Origin: Phoronis australis
Lineage: Eukaryota; Animalia; Phoronida
Assembly: GCA_002633005.1 (NCBI GenBank)
Contig: NMRA01000015.1
Location: forward strand, 1,236,218 to 1,300,217
DNA: 64,000 nucleotides
Direction of reading: 5' to 3'
This document shows positions 23,741 to 37,867 of this stretch, in pieces. Position 1 is the stretch's first letter. Each line of letters opens with the position of its first letter. The translations under genes were made by a program, and so were the position numbers. The notes beneath the pieces were generated by a model. That model worked only from the letters and a program-made list of their open reading frames with translations. It was not told the origin of the DNA and searched no databases.

Positions 23741-24455
23741 GTTGTGGAGAGCAGTTATAATAATTAGAATCATTCTTATCATATGATGAGTGGTGGTAAG
23801 TTACCTGTTCAGAGTCTGGTGACCCTTTGGATCGCATAGCTTTCGGGTCCTACCCGACCCTTCTTCGATCAGTACTGACTGATGTAGGTCTAAAAAGTTT
23901 CCCGCCCTTCCCCGTCTGGTAGCCAGATGAGAACCTAGTGGCCGTCACGTGAAGCTAAGAAGTTGTAGATGACAGGCTGGTCATAACCCCAATCTCTGTT
24001 AAGAGAGTGCTTCCCCCACGGCGATAGGGGTTGTTGCCGAATCTTAAAGTCTATCTTCAACGGTAACACCTGAAAATTTGGTTTCTACAGTATGCTAAGA
24101 GCATCCCTCTGAGCCCACTAGTGCTATAAATTGTCAAATGTAACGAACTGTTAGACGCATTGGCTTGCTTTTGTCTACATCACCACGAGAATCACATTTT
24201 AATTCAAACAGCTGCGAATAACACCCGCACGCAATGGTGTTCTATTCAGAGCCCTATTCAATACAACCTTTTGTTGTTTGTGCTGAGATCTCGCGGTGAC
24301 GCATCATGGCGCGAAAAGGCAGCTTTACTCATAATTTGACGTGCTTACATTTGCGTGATTGAACTCGCGTTTTCTTATTTTACTAAGGCTTTGCTAGGAC
24401 TATCTGGTTAGCCCAATAGATCTAAAGTAACAAAATTCCGTTGAAGTTAGTCTTT

Positions 24456-25690
24456 AAGATTCATAAGGTAAATACACCATTCAGACATATTGTTTCAAAC
24501 ATCGCCGTAGTGTTAATTATAAAGCAGCGAAGTGCTTGGCCAGTATATTAGGACCCACTGGTCGGCAATAAACACCCTACCGTATTAAGAACAGTTCTGA
24601 CTTTGTATCTAAAGATTTAGAGGTACCTCCAGGAGAAATCTTCATTTCTTTTGGTGTTACCGCGCTTTTCACTCGCATCCCGGTGGACGATGCTATCATT
24701 GCCATTAATGAGAATAACTAGATCGTGACCAATCATGGGCTTCCTACTACCACCATGGACAAGGAACTAGTCTTGGACCTACTCAGCCGCTCATACTTTG
24801 TGTACTAATAAAAGTTTTGCCGACAACAATATGGTGCTTACCTATCAATCCCATGGTAGCCAAAGTGCATGAAAACGTCACGGTTCGAGTGCAAGGTCAT
24901 TGAAGAGGCCCTCACCTACCTCTTCTTTTGTACCGGTGCGTGGATGACACATTTGTACATATGAAGGAATGTCTTGTTGAATTCTAAGCTGACATTGACA
25001 ACATTGATCAGAACATCAAGGTTACCATTGAGCACCCTAATGATGGTCACCTACCTTTCTTGTACACTTGTATCAACATTAAGGATGATCGTAGCATCAA
25101 GATCACTATCTACAGAAACCTACATATACTGATCAATATTTGAATTTCGATTTAAATCATCATCTACAGCCCAAACGACCTTTTGTTAGAACAGTGTTGC
25201 AGAGAGTTGAGGACGTAGTCACGGAAGCAGAACTTGAGACAAACACCAACAGCGAGCACACATCAAAGGAGTTCTTATAGGGACAATAAATACAAGGATT
25301 AGCGTTTCAAATCAGGTGATCACCCTAGGAATGGTGTTGAGAAGGATAAAGTTTGTGTACCCCGGCTCCCATACGTGAGAGGACTCTCCACCAAGATATT
25401 CATGAGTCACATGGGGGGACCTACCGTAAACTGATTAATACCACCAGGAGCCTACTTATCCACCCTAAGGAATCTTATTTCAAAACTGTGGTGTTTTCTA
25501 TAAATTCAACTGGCCGGAATGCCCGGCCTCGTATATTGAGGAGATTTCACGTAATTTAGGCACCAGAGTGATGGAAATAGAGCGTAAAAATCTTGGTACT
25601 TTCAGAGTAGTGGGAGACCACTGCGTGTCAAGTCTTGACCTTATTACCCCTGGTAATGTGACTATCCTGCCAAGGAGCACAAATTCTGGA
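24456..25690 (+). pseudogene. Degenerate Penelope-like retroelement (RT + GIY-YIG endonuclease)
   Basis: Broken-frame peptides KIHKVNTPFRHIVS, IKNSSDF..ISFGVTALFTRIPVDDAI, RCVDDTF, IKVTIE..GHLPFL, YR.PTYTDQYLNF, GVFYKFNWPECPASYIEEISRNLGTR. Confidence 0.85.
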
Positions 25691-26049
25691 GCGGACATGA
25701 ACTTGCTGAATTACCGAAATCTTGTGTTTCTGATGTAAGACCTTCGTTTTGCGGCCATTAGCCTTGTCTTTAACACACAAATGACTTTTTTATTATGATA
25801 TCGGAGGAGTACATATTCAATTGCGGAGAGCAGGTCAAAGGTCGACAGTAGACGACAGCTCAAAAAATCGCCCTGTACATCGGATTTAATTACCCGCCTA
25901 TGCAACTACCTGGAAGCTTGAGTTCTGCACCTATTCAGCGCCAAAAGATGGCAAAAATAAACCTAAATGTGGTGGAGAAAACCCCGGGTGTAATTATGCA
26001 CGTATAACACGTAGCACGTACTCAAAAAAACAATAGGCCTAATTAGAGA

Positions 26050-26620
26050 CTCTCTGGTTCCCTGCGGTGTGTCCGAACACGCAGGTATCATTCCATAGCA
26101 TGCGTTTCATCACTGGTTGATGTAAACTCGGCAGTCATTGGTTAGATGAAAGAAAATGGCGGACTATGAACGGTTCAGTTTTAGCCTTGTCAGTGGCGTG
26201 ACACTGAGCAAATATTTCATTTCTGTAGTAGGCCTAATACGGTTTAATAGCCGCGTGCTTGAAGCACATACTCACTGTGCATATACAACTGCGCACACAT
26301 CTAGTCGATTTAACCGAAGTGTTATTCACACTGTATGAATACAGGAAAGCAACGTAAACAAAAGTCAGCGACAGTAGAAAAATGCACTCCGAAAAGGCAC
26401 AACCACAATTTTCTGATTTAAATTTCTTGAACGATGAATTAAGCACCGATTTGTCTGTATAACGGACCACAAACTATATCCACATTTACACTTCCTTCAT
26501 CAGTCATGCCAATTTGTTTAAAGCGTTACCAATCAGAAACACCGGTGTAAAAAAATCCCGAGGAAAATTAAATGATACCTGCGTGTTCACTACCACCTAC
26601 ACGCGAGGAACCAGCGAGTA
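26050..26620. mobile_element. MITE with imperfect TIRs
   Basis: ctctggttcc...gaacacgcaggtatcatt versus aatgatacctgcgtgttc...ggaaccagcgag. Confidence 0.6.
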
Positions 26621-29600
26621 ATCAGAGAAAGGGAGACAAGTCTCCTAGCGAAATCCCATTGGACGGCCACTGGCGGACATTGTTGTTTCATGTACCGTAG
26701 AAACGTCTAGCTGGCGTATGTGCAATAAACAAGTATGGCAAGATATGACAGCTCCGATCGGTAAAAAAGCAACTATATATGCTTTTTGCCCACGGGTGCA
26801 GTTAATTGAAAATTCGTGACTTACACTTTTTTCGCTTCCTCACCGATTAAGATAGGTGATGTTCACGATTGAAACAAAGGATGTTTTTTCGTGAAACCGT
26901 TGCCAGTCAACCAGTACTGGGTGATTTGAACTTAATGTCTTTACTGTTCCCTGCATTTGATCCCTTATATAGAAAATTATCGTAAATGGTTTGCATGATT
27001 TTGGGAACTACTGATTAGTTTATTCTATGCCCATTGATGCTTCTTTCTTTCGGTTTTTCTAGTCTTAATACATTCAAATCTAAAAGATAATTATATTTAC
27101 TATTACTGTTTATTTACCAATTTTAATATTATTTTATCATCTATTTGTTTTATTTATACTTTATTACTTATTTATTATTATTTATTTATTTTTTATTTAT
27201 TCGGTATTACTTATATAAATTATTTCTTGTGATCCCATACAGTCAACATCCTGGCTGTCGTTCGTCAATAATCTATATTACATGGTAGTAATGAACACCC
27301 CTAAAACATATTTTTAAGGTGCAGTAGTGGGTGCATTGTGTAACTCCTGTTTACAAATCATTGACAAGCACTGGTTGTTTTGTATACGCAGTTTAAGCTC
27401 ACTAAATTGATTAAAATTTGGACATAACTGCAGCATTTTTCTGAATCCGCAATATTTTCCTTGTCTGTCAATTATTTTCAAAGCGATTTTACAGATTCTG
27501 GTGAAACTTCACAGTAGGGCTGGGATTCGCCAGCACCACTTCATTTTTGGACGAATTTAAGTGCTGTCCTATCTCGTTTTCAACAAAATAGTGTCTGTCC
27601 ATAATTATTGTCAAAATGGCTTAACAGTATTTAACGATACATGACACAGAGACATATATCGGAGATGCTTCGCTTTTTGTGCAGTTTGCCATAAGGAGTG
27701 TTGAAGGAATTGTTCTTTTAAAGGAATCAAATAGATGTTGCAATGCTGTGCAGTTACCGTCGAATAAAAGTATAAAATAGTAAAACTAGTAAAACTAAAA
27801 TGACGAGCGTCGGTACTAAAATATATTAAAATATCCCCACGTATCGAGCGATGCGCTCTTTGTCAACGGTGTGCTACAGTCTGCAGCACACCCTGAGTTT
27901 TACTAGTTTTACTATTTTATATTCTTTTAAAGGCATATAGAGCCCTACATCAGTGGGTACTTTGATAGTTTGCGTATTACCTTGGAAACTTTGTTACGTT
28001 CAGTAACGATTCCGTTTGTTTAAATTTTGTTTTGACACTGGTCTTAAAACATCAGGACAGGAAATAAGGCGTTCTTATGTTATTTATTTTAAAGTTGGCC
28101 ATTTTTACCTGTCGATGTAAGCTTAATAATTATGCCTTTAACTAGCTGCTGATAGTTGATTTAATAAAATGTGAATGGTTTAAGAGAGCTGGAAAGCATA
28201 GTAATTCAGCTACTGAAATGTACTATTCAATAGGCATCTTGGCAGTTTTATGGCGACATGCAAGGCAGGTTTACTGGACTGCAAGCAAGAATTCCACCTC
28301 TTGCTGATTTTCAACCCCCTACCCCTGTTGCCCCCAGTTTCATTCACCACATCCCACCCTAATTGGCTTCCCATTTCAGATCCTATCAGTCACGGATGCC
28401 GGGGGTCCAGTGCCCGGTTGCATGCAACAGTCCCAAATAACGACTCCACTGTGTTCCCAAATTCTACTGCGTATATTTTGTGAGTTTTCTACCTTGAATT
28501 CTCAATACTATTGAAGATAAATGGGGATCTTTTCATGCAGCACCCCTAATTTAAGGACTAAGTCCCTAATTTAAATATTTTGACTAAATTAAGGGCTCCG
28601 TTTTTAGTTATATTATTAGAACACGTTATAAGTCTAAATAGGAGCTCGTAGTAGAGTTAAAATGATAAATATAACAACTATTAATAAAGAACGAAACAAA
28701 TACGCAAAGGACTTAAGCAACTCAGTTGAGCACAGGCAGATCCAGGGAATCAAAGGGGTCAGGACTCTCCATTTTCCCTTGCTTTTAGTGATATCAAATC
28801 TAGAATTTTCAAATTGTTGACTTGGAACTTTTAAAAAAATCATGGATCTGCCCCTGTTGAGTCACTCATTGGGACTGTTTCATTTAACTGGGTACAGACT
28901 CCGCTGATTGAATGTAGAATGTCGTAAGGTGTGAGTTTTTGAAACAAAGATCTGGACCCGTGCTTTGGATGGCGTAAGACGGCAGTTTTTGAACTTTGGC
29001 TAAGGAAACATTTGATGGTTGGGGGGAGGAGAGTCTGTTAATTTTTCAATTTTATTTTAAAACAAAGTTTGAGAGTTGAAAGTTTTGGTTGAAGGGCGCC
29101 CCCCCCCTCCGTTTTTGCTCCTACCTCTTCTTCAGCAGACTTGTCTTATGTTTATTACTTGGCTGACCCCCCTGGACAAAATCCTACAGGTTCTGTACAT
29201 GCCCACCCTCCAATNTTTTGTAGTAGGCCTAATACGGTTTAATAGCCGCGTGCTTGAAGCACATACTCACTGTACATGTACAACTGCGCACACATCTGGT
29301 CGATTTAACCGAAGTGTTATTCACACTGTATGAATACAGGAAAGCAACGTAAACAAAAGTCAGCGACAGTAGAAAAATGCACTCCGAAAAGGCACAACCG
29401 CAATTTTCTGATTTAAAGTTCTTGAGCGATAAATTAAGCACCGATTTGTCTGTATAACAGACCACAAACTATATCCACATGTACACTTCCTCCATCAGTT
29501 ATGCCAATTTGTTTATGTAAAGCGTTACCTGTTGAGAATTTGACCAGCCAATCAGAAACACCGGTGTAAAAAAATCCCGAGGAAATTTAAATGATACCTG

Positions 29601-31966
29601 CGTGTTTACTACCACACCTCCACGCGAGGAACCAGGGAGTAATCAGAGAAAGGGAGACAAGTGCAATAAACAAGTATGGCAAGATATGACAGCTCCGATC
29701 GGTAAAAAAGCATGCTTTTTGCCCACGGATGCAGTTAATTGAAAATTCGTGACTTACGCTTTTTTCGCTTCCTCACCGATTAAGATAGGTGATGTTCACG
29801 ATTGAAACAAAGGATTTCTTTTCGTGAAACCGTTGCCAGTCAACCAACTGGGTGATTTGAACTTAATGTCTTTACTGTTCCCTGCATTTGATCCTTTATA
29901 TAGAAAATTAACGTAAATGGTTTGCATGATTTTGGGAACTACTGATTAGTTTATGCTATGCCCATTGATGCTTCTAACTACTTTCTTTAGTTTTTTCTAG
30001 TCTTAATACATTCAAATCTAAAAGATAATTATATTTACTATTACTGTTTATTTACCAATTTTAATATTATTTTATTATCTATTTGTTTTATCTATACTTT
30101 ATTACTTATTCATTATTATTTTTATTTTTTATTCATTCGCTATTACGTATATAAATTATTTCTTGTGATCCCATACAGTCAACATCCTGGCTGTCGTTCG
30201 TCAATAATCTATATTACATGATAGTAATGAACACCCCTAAAACATATTGTTTAAGGTGCAGTAGTGGGTGCAGTAGTGGGTGCATTGTGTTGCTCCTGTT
30301 TACAAATCATTGACAAGCACTGGGATTCGCCAGCACCACTTCATTTTTTGGACGAATTTAGTGCTGTCCTATCTCGTTTTCAACAAAATAGTGCTTGTCC
30401 ATAATTATTGTCAAAATGGCTTAACAGTATTTAACGAAACATGACACAGAGACATATATCGGAGATGCTTCGCTTTTTGTGCAGTTTGCCATAGGGAGTG
30501 TTGAAGGAATTGTTCTTTTAAAGGAATCAAATAGATGTTGCAACGCTGTGCAGTTACCGTCGAATAAAAATATAAAATAGTAAAACTAGTAAAACTAAAA
30601 TGACGAGCGTCGGTACTAAAATATATTAAAATATCCCCACGTATCCAGCGATGCGCTCTTTGTTTTACTAGTTTTAATAGTTTATATTCTTTTAAAGGCA
30701 TATATAGCCCTACATCAGTGGGTACTTTGATAGCTTGCGTATTACCTTGGAAACTCTGTTACGTTCAGTAACGATTTCGTTTGTTTAAATTTTGTTTTGA
30801 CACTGGTCTTAAAACTTCAGGAGAGGAAATAAGGCGTTCTTATGTTATTTACTTTAAAGTTGGCCATTTTTACCTGTCGATGTAAGCTTAATAATTATGC
30901 CTTTAACTAGCTGCTGATAGTCGATTTAATAAAATGTGAATGGAAAGCATCGTAATTCAGTTACTGAAATGTACTATTCGATAGGCATCTTGGCAGTTTT
31001 ATGGCGGCATGCAAGGCAAGTTGACTGGACTGCAAGCAAGAATTCCACCTCTTGCTGGTTTTCAACCCCTTACCCCTGTTGCTCCCAGTTTCATTCACCA
31101 CATCCCACCCTAATTGGCTTTCCATTTCAGATCCTATCAGTCACGGATGCCGGGGGTCCAGTGCCCGGTTGCATGCAACAGTCCCAAATAACGACTCCAC
31201 TATGTTCCCAAATTCTACTGCGTATATTTTGTGAGTTTTCTACCTTGAATTCTCAATACTATGGAAGATAAATGGGGGATCTTTTCATGCAGCGCCCCTA
31301 ATTTAAGGACTAAGTCCCTAATTTAAATATTTTGACTAAATTAAAGGCTTCGTTTTTAGTTATATTATTAGAACACGTTATAAGTCTAAATAGGAGCTCG
31401 TAGTAGAGATAAAATGATAAATATAACAACTGTTAATAACGAAGGAAACAAATACGCAAAGGACTTAAGCAACTCAGTTGAGCACAGGCAGATCCAGGGA
31501 ATCAAAGGGGCCAGGACCCTCCATTTTCCCTTGCTTTTAGTGATATCAAATCTAGAATTTTCAAATTGTTGACTTGGAACTTTTAAAAAAATCATGGATC
31601 TGCCCCTGTTGAGTCACTCATTGGGACTGTTTCATTTAACTGGGTACAGACTCCGCTGATTGAATGTAGAATGTCGTAAGGTGTGAGTTTTTGAAACAAA
31701 GATCTGGACCCGTGCTTTGGATGGCGTAAGACGGCAGTTTTTGAACTTAGGCTAAGGAAACATTTGATGGTTGGGGGGAGGAGAGTCTGTTAATTTTTCA
31801 ATTTTATTTTAAAACAAAGTTTGAGAGTTGAAAGTTTTGGTTGAAGGGCGCCCCCCCCCTCCGTTTTTGCTCCTACCTCTTCTTCAGCAGACTTGTCTTA
31901 TGTTTATTACTTGGCTGACCCCCCTGGACAAAATCCTACAGGTTCTGTACATGCCCACCCTCCAAT
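26224..31966 (+). repeat. Near-identical tandem duplication (26224-29214 vs 29219-31966) across a single N; probably two alleles
   Basis: Colinear copies differing by SNPs and indels; the junction is exactly the N at 29215. Confidence 0.9.
28731..28856. mobile_element. Small MITE (CA.GGCAGATCC TIR), duplicated at ~31483-31608
   Basis: cacaggcagatcc...ggatctgcccctg with 5-bp TSD TTGAG. Confidence 0.65.
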
Positions 31967-32475
31967 CAGCTACTTTCACCTGCTCACCTCTGATTACTGA
32001 GTCACCCTCTTACTTATGATGTATTTCTCGTAATATTTATTACCTTTGCTGCCCAATTTTTTAGATTTACTCTACATTTTTCCTATGTGTATTTTTTCAT
32101 TACACTGTTCATACTTTTGTTGTCAATATTTCAAACAAAGACATTTCACAATTTTGAATTTGACAAACTAAAATCGGCCATGGTAGTCGACGCCTCGCTT
32201 AATTCGTCGGCGCACACACCCGCTAGGTGTCCCCACGGTCCATGACACAATAGTGGCAATGGCCACTGAGATTAGTCTTTGGCCTAATGATCGCTGTTAG
32301 CCCAGTACATGTAGACAAAATGTCTGAAGTCGTCCTATGTGTTTAATATGACACCACACTGGCGTCATCCGTTCACGCTTGCGCCTATATGTCTGCGTTT
32401 CATTGGCTTGACAGCAGATCACTGAAAATCATTTTCTAGTGCAATGAGAGAGAGCCAGTGCGCCAGATATCCTAA

Positions 32476-33921
32476 AGGAGAAAGCGACCTTTTCCATGTC
32501 AATTTTAGTAAAGATACGGTTTGTTGATTATCCCAGACATATTTTTCAGTTAATAACATGATAACGGCTTCCCGTAATGTTATTAATTAGTCGTGCCTTA
32601 CTCCATAAGTGACGGTTACGGGTTTTTAAAAAAAATTTCCCACCCTTTCGTTTTCAGGTCAGACTGTGATCTGTCGAGTCAGTCGTTGTTTTACCTCGGT
32701 CGTGATAGGTTCGGTTGTCGTTTGCGTTTGTTTACGAGTCACTCAACACGTTGCACGGTTGCTGCGTACCGGGGTGTACTCGTTATCGTCTCACGCGCAC
32801 TTTCGGTATGCTAGTACACCGCTCTCTGTAAGATGGCACACTCTGCGGTACTTGGCTCGTTCGTGTGCATAACGCAGCATTACCGTCCACGCAACGTGCA
32901 AAGCAGTGGAGAATTACCGATCAGAGTGAGTGGTAAGCATTTTCTGCCGTTGGATTACGAGATATGTACGCGGAATCTGTGAAGGTTCATGCAAAACAAC
33001 CCCTGAAGAAGGGTGCAATTCTGTCGCTGTTGATTCCCGGCAGTGCCCCGTCGCCACCCCCGAGAAAGGCATTTTTGAAGCGAGTGGCTTCGCGAGCTGT
33101 GGCCTCTATGTAGAGTGACTGGAGGCGCTCCATCTGCTGTCACCAGTGCCTCCGAACGTACGCCAGAAAGTGCAATTCCGGGAACTAGAAGTGCCTTGCC
33201 CTGTGCTGGTGTTGTCTCCAGTCCAGAGCCTCTAGGCAGCCCTGCAGGGATGTTGAGTAGTGGGAGTGAATACAAGCCCAGTTCGACACCCAATGGGGAG
33301 GGCAGTTCGTCGTCCAGTGGTGAGGCCGGTGACTCAAACTTTGATAAGTTTATTGTGGACTTGATTAAAGTATTGGAGCTATTTTGGGTGCCATGTGTGT
33401 GGCGAGGGAGTCACACAGCTGGATGTAGGCGGTTTGGGTGCTTGCATGGGTCATCATCCTGAGTAGCAACAGCACATGCATTCTATTGAGGTCGGCATAA
33501 CAGCGCCGGCACAACTTGCATTCGCACCAAGACGTCCTACCACATCTGTCCTCAGTCTCTGCCTCATGCCTCTCAACAGCTGTCTGTATTCCGCTGCCTC
33601 ACTATACTCGGGCTCAAACGTATATTCACCCACTGCTACAACACACCAAAAGATTCCTAAATCCAACGTAATTGAGTTCTCTAACAACCCAACTTGTAGA
33701 ATACTCGTCGATGGGAAGTGGAGACCTGCACAAAAACTACAGTAGAACAGATCCTCACAGTAACTCGAACGCACTAAAAACGAAACATGGCGGGAAATTC
33801 TTAACCCCTAAACGTCACTTCCGGAGTAGTGCACAACAACGTAATTATCTGAAGCATATGTCTGGGATAATCAACTACCGTATTTTTCTAAAAATGACAC
33901 GAAAACAGGTTGCCTTCCTCT
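32476..33921. mobile_element. Internally deleted Kolobok DNA transposon
   Basis: ~85-bp imperfect TIRs (aggagaaagcgacct...gttgattatcccagacatat / atatgtctgggataatcaac...aggttgccttcctct); flanks CTAA/TTAA; AG...CT termini; minus-strand KolX/P2X7-like remnant and weak plus-strand transposase C-terminus. Confidence 0.75.
33410..33630 (-). pseudogene. KolX / P2X7 cytoplasmic-ballast-like remnant
   Basis: YTFEPEYSE...GRLGANASC...MPTSIECMCC followed by out-of-frame PC.HP and QTAYIQL. Confidence 0.65.
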
Positions 33922-36739
33922 TTAAAGGCCTCGAAATTTCAGTCGACAATTCCAATAGAGCTTTAGACATAAATTCTGTACTGTATTAAAGTCTTTCTCT
34001 CACGCGTTGTTAACCCTTATTATATGGTTAGAGGACGTTATAAGGATCCAAGAAGTACCTACCAAATAACTAATACACGATCCGTACTCGAAAAAAGTTT
34101 AAATGAACGCGCCACTCACGATTCGCGCCCGAAGAACCACCGCCATTTTGAACTTGCCGCGAACCCGGAAGTACAATTCATTCAGGAACCCAGGCCGATA
34201 AAACACCGTCAGTGCGACAGGAGCAGTGCCTGTACTGTTACCAGCCAGCAAACGGGGATAAAGTAATCGACAGCGCGCCTTAATTTTAATAAAATCAAAA
34301 TACGGACAATTTTATCGAATTTGCTGAAGAAATGTGGCGAATAAATTTTGACAGAAATTAGTTTGCCAGACTCGGGACCGCAGCCTATCGGACCCGGTGC
34401 GGATCGAGACCAGACACTGGCGAACGGTAAATGCATGCGGTTGCAAGCTGTTTTGTCGAAGTAAAATGGTCAAATCATAAATGCTGCATACGTGTATATT
34501 CAAGGGTAGTTTCAGACACTTGCATGAAATTACGGGCTGGTTAGTCCTGTGTCACACTCCCGCGGCAGACCTTAGTTAGCCTCAGTCACCAGCTACCAGT
34601 GAAGACTATCGTCAGCTTGTTAGTAGGCCTATACAGCTTTGCGCCAAGGCCTAACTGGTCGCTGGCCACAGCGCTCGCTCAAACGAGGTTTTTTTAGAAC
34701 TTGGGTACTTCTGGCGAACTGTGCAAAGTTGTTGGCTTTCAATAGAGATTTTCCCAGACTTTGTATGAGCGCACCAAGCCTAAAAGAATGGGGGGCTGGA
34801 ATTTTTGGGAATGTCTATCTTTTACTATAAGATACAGTGGGTATGTTCAGTGCTATGAACTGCAGACTCTAAATTTTGGTACTTCCTGTCTTCTAGTGGA
34901 ATATTGTCTCATTTTCTACTTTTTTCGGAATTCGTGCTTCTGTGACTGAGGCAGACCTTTTTCCAGTTCTCCAAAAAGGGGGCTCGTTCGAGCACATAAG
35001 TATGACAAGTCCAATACAACATGTTATCATTTTTATTCATTAACCCAAAATGATTCAAACTTTTAACATAATAAGTAACTTAAAATGCAAAATACTTTAC
35101 AACATTTAGCATTACAAACACTATTCAACAGCAACAGTTTCCATGATATGAAAGTGGACATACATGTAACTATTACCATGGTGACGGAATTGTGTTTCCT
35201 TACACCAGAAAATATGAAGTTGCAAGGAACAAGAATTAGATTTTTGAAGCTTCACAATCCAACATACAGACTGTAGCTTATTTCTCAAATTCAGATTATT
35301 CATATTGTTGACTTGATAACCTGAATTAAGAAGCAATAAGTTACAAAACATGACTTGAAAGCAATTGAAACTTAAAATTTAGAAAAATATGAATCATTTT
35401 GTGACACCGAATCAAGTCTTGAACAGCAGTTGACAGTCAAACAAAAAACCATTTCAAAATTATTTCAACTATTTTTAGCTTAGTGTAAGATCACCTGAAT
35501 GGGAAATTTACAGTAAACTATATATTTTTGCCCAAAAACACGAAAATTGAACAAAGTTTCTTTTTTGTAGCAACGTTTGTCAAAATGTATCAACGTTAAA
35601 TCTTCACAAATTACAAAGTAGCCGATTGAACATGCCTTTCAGTTCAGCAAAAGTCGCCATGTTGTCGGTGCCGCCAGAAAAGAGACGAAGTCCAACGGGA
35701 ATTGTGAGCACATTTATCATTTAATGAGTAACAACTGCGTGGCTGAAATTTGGTTAACACTGTTAAATCGTGCAGAATAGTAAGTAAATATATGTCTAAC
35801 TAAATTTCACCGTAATTTGTTGGCGAAAACAATTTACACAGTTTTAAACTCGTAACTTATCCCGCTGTCCTCCAATATGGCCGACGCGATCCAAACAAAG
35901 TGACCCAAATTTCGCCACAAAACTTGCAATAACTTTACACTTCTTGCCCCGATTTTGATACTTTTTCGATTTTTACTTAGTATAATGCACTACCTTTCCG
36001 ATGATAGCAAAGTACTTTTTCAAAACGAGAAAAAATAAAACCGAAAAAAATAGGTTCGACCCATATTGGTTCCTAGGTTCGACCGGCCTACGTAAGGAAC
36101 TAAACACCAATGCTATTTTAACATACTAAGTACGCGTAACATTCCAAAAAACATCAACGACCACTAACTACAAACTATAAATACACTACATATGCAAACG
36201 AATCACGAGTTGTTACTAACAAAACAAAACAATGAAGACTTTTCGAGCAAGCGATAGCATATTCAGTTACAAGGAAAAAATGCGGCTTTCAGGACAAGTT
36301 CCTGAACTGATGAGCCGGAAATGTGGGTACGAAAATAACCGATGACAACCGGTAATCATACGCTCAGAGAGAAGGGTCAAATACTGTTCAAAAATCGCTT
36401 TTGGCAAGAAAGGCGAAAAGAATATAAAGAAAGGGTGTCGAAAATAAGATTTTATGTAGTAAGTATTTTCGGATACTGGAACCACTTTGGCACTTTGAGA
36501 GAAGGACTTTAAACGAAAATATATCACGAAGGCACACTTATTGCCAACACAGTACACTAAGTTTTGAAGACAAAGTTGGTTTTATCTTCAGTTTCAAATC
36601 ATGCACCTATGTCATGTTTTCAGGTATATTCGAATTGATTAAACAGTTTTGGAAAAGAACTTAAACTTTGTCAACACAACTCTGACACATACAATAGCAG
36701 TAGTAACAATGCAATTATTACAAGTAACAGTGATGTTGA

Positions 36740-37125
36740 AAATGGTGCTGGAGCTGGTGCTGTTGGAACTGTGACGTTGATGTTACTGGCTATGATGGTG
36801 GTGGTGTTATATGGCTGTTGTGGTGGTGTGGTGTGGTGTAGTGGGGTTAGACGTTGTTGTTGGTGTTGGTGTGGTGGTGTGGGATGTTATTGTCATGTGA
36901 TGCTGGTAGTGCTACATGGCTGTGGTGGTGGTATGACTGGCTAGGGCGGTGGTGGTGTTATAGGCTGTTGTTGGTGGTATTTAGGCGGTGGTCTGGGATG
37001 TTAGTGTCATGCGACGGTGATGGTGTGGTGGTAGTGTTTGGGATGTAAGTGTCTGTGATGGTTGTGGTGTTACTGCCTGTGGTGCGGGTGAAGTGGTGTT
37101 CGTAGCGAGGCGGTGGTGGTGTAGG
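36740..37125. repeat. Low-complexity GGT/GTG-rich degenerate repeat
   Basis: Repeated (tg)gtggtggt, gggatgtta and atggctgt blocks. Confidence 0.8.
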
Positions 37126-37867
37126 ATGTAGCATAGGCTTACTAATTAGTACTCTTTAGTGTGTTGGGTACCAAAATGAAACAAAAGTCTCCTTTTGATA
37201 AAACTCGCTCACAGGGGTGGTGTTCAATGCCATGGTTTTGTCCATACAATGCTGAACATCATAAAGGATGACCTCTCTCTGGTGGGAAGGTTTAGTTTTT
37301 ATCGAGAATTCTGTCTGTTTAACTCTGGTCATTCAATCTGCAAACTTCAAAATTGATCCCGAGTATGACCTATTCACATGACGAGCAAGCTAAATAATGC
37401 TCATACGATTGATTCCTTACAGTGCTGGGTCCTCAGCGGTTTACGTATGCAGTCTCACCAGAACTTGCGTGCGTACGCATCTGACGTCAACACCACAATA
37501 AAATTTGAATTAATGACCAAAAATATGATCATGTGCTTATCTAAAATTGTTGAAAGTATTAAGCATTCTGTTGCTTGGGCTCATAATGCGCATTATTGTC
37601 TGAATGCTTACAACTGAAGGGTCTGAAGCAAAATGGTCGACGGCAATCAATGCAAATAACCTTATGTTTGGAGGGCGTGTTTAGCGTCCAGCATTGCAAA
37701 CAGTTCACAACTCCAATTCAAAGGGCTTACTTTCTCATTTTGGATGAGTTAACTATAAACACTTTAGTGTTATCAGTTATATTTTGAGTGAAATTTGTAC
37801 GTCGGTCTTAGAACTGACTGAGAAGTGACGTGTCATATCCGTAGTTCTATCTATCTCGTTTTCGTCA

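Noticed and set aside
26156-32019. Duplicated 60-110-aa ORFs
   Set aside because: No recognisable domains; they reflect the allelic duplication and repeats
34010-34510. piggyBac-like TTAA-CCCT end
   Set aside because: Matching right end is only partial and lacks TTAA
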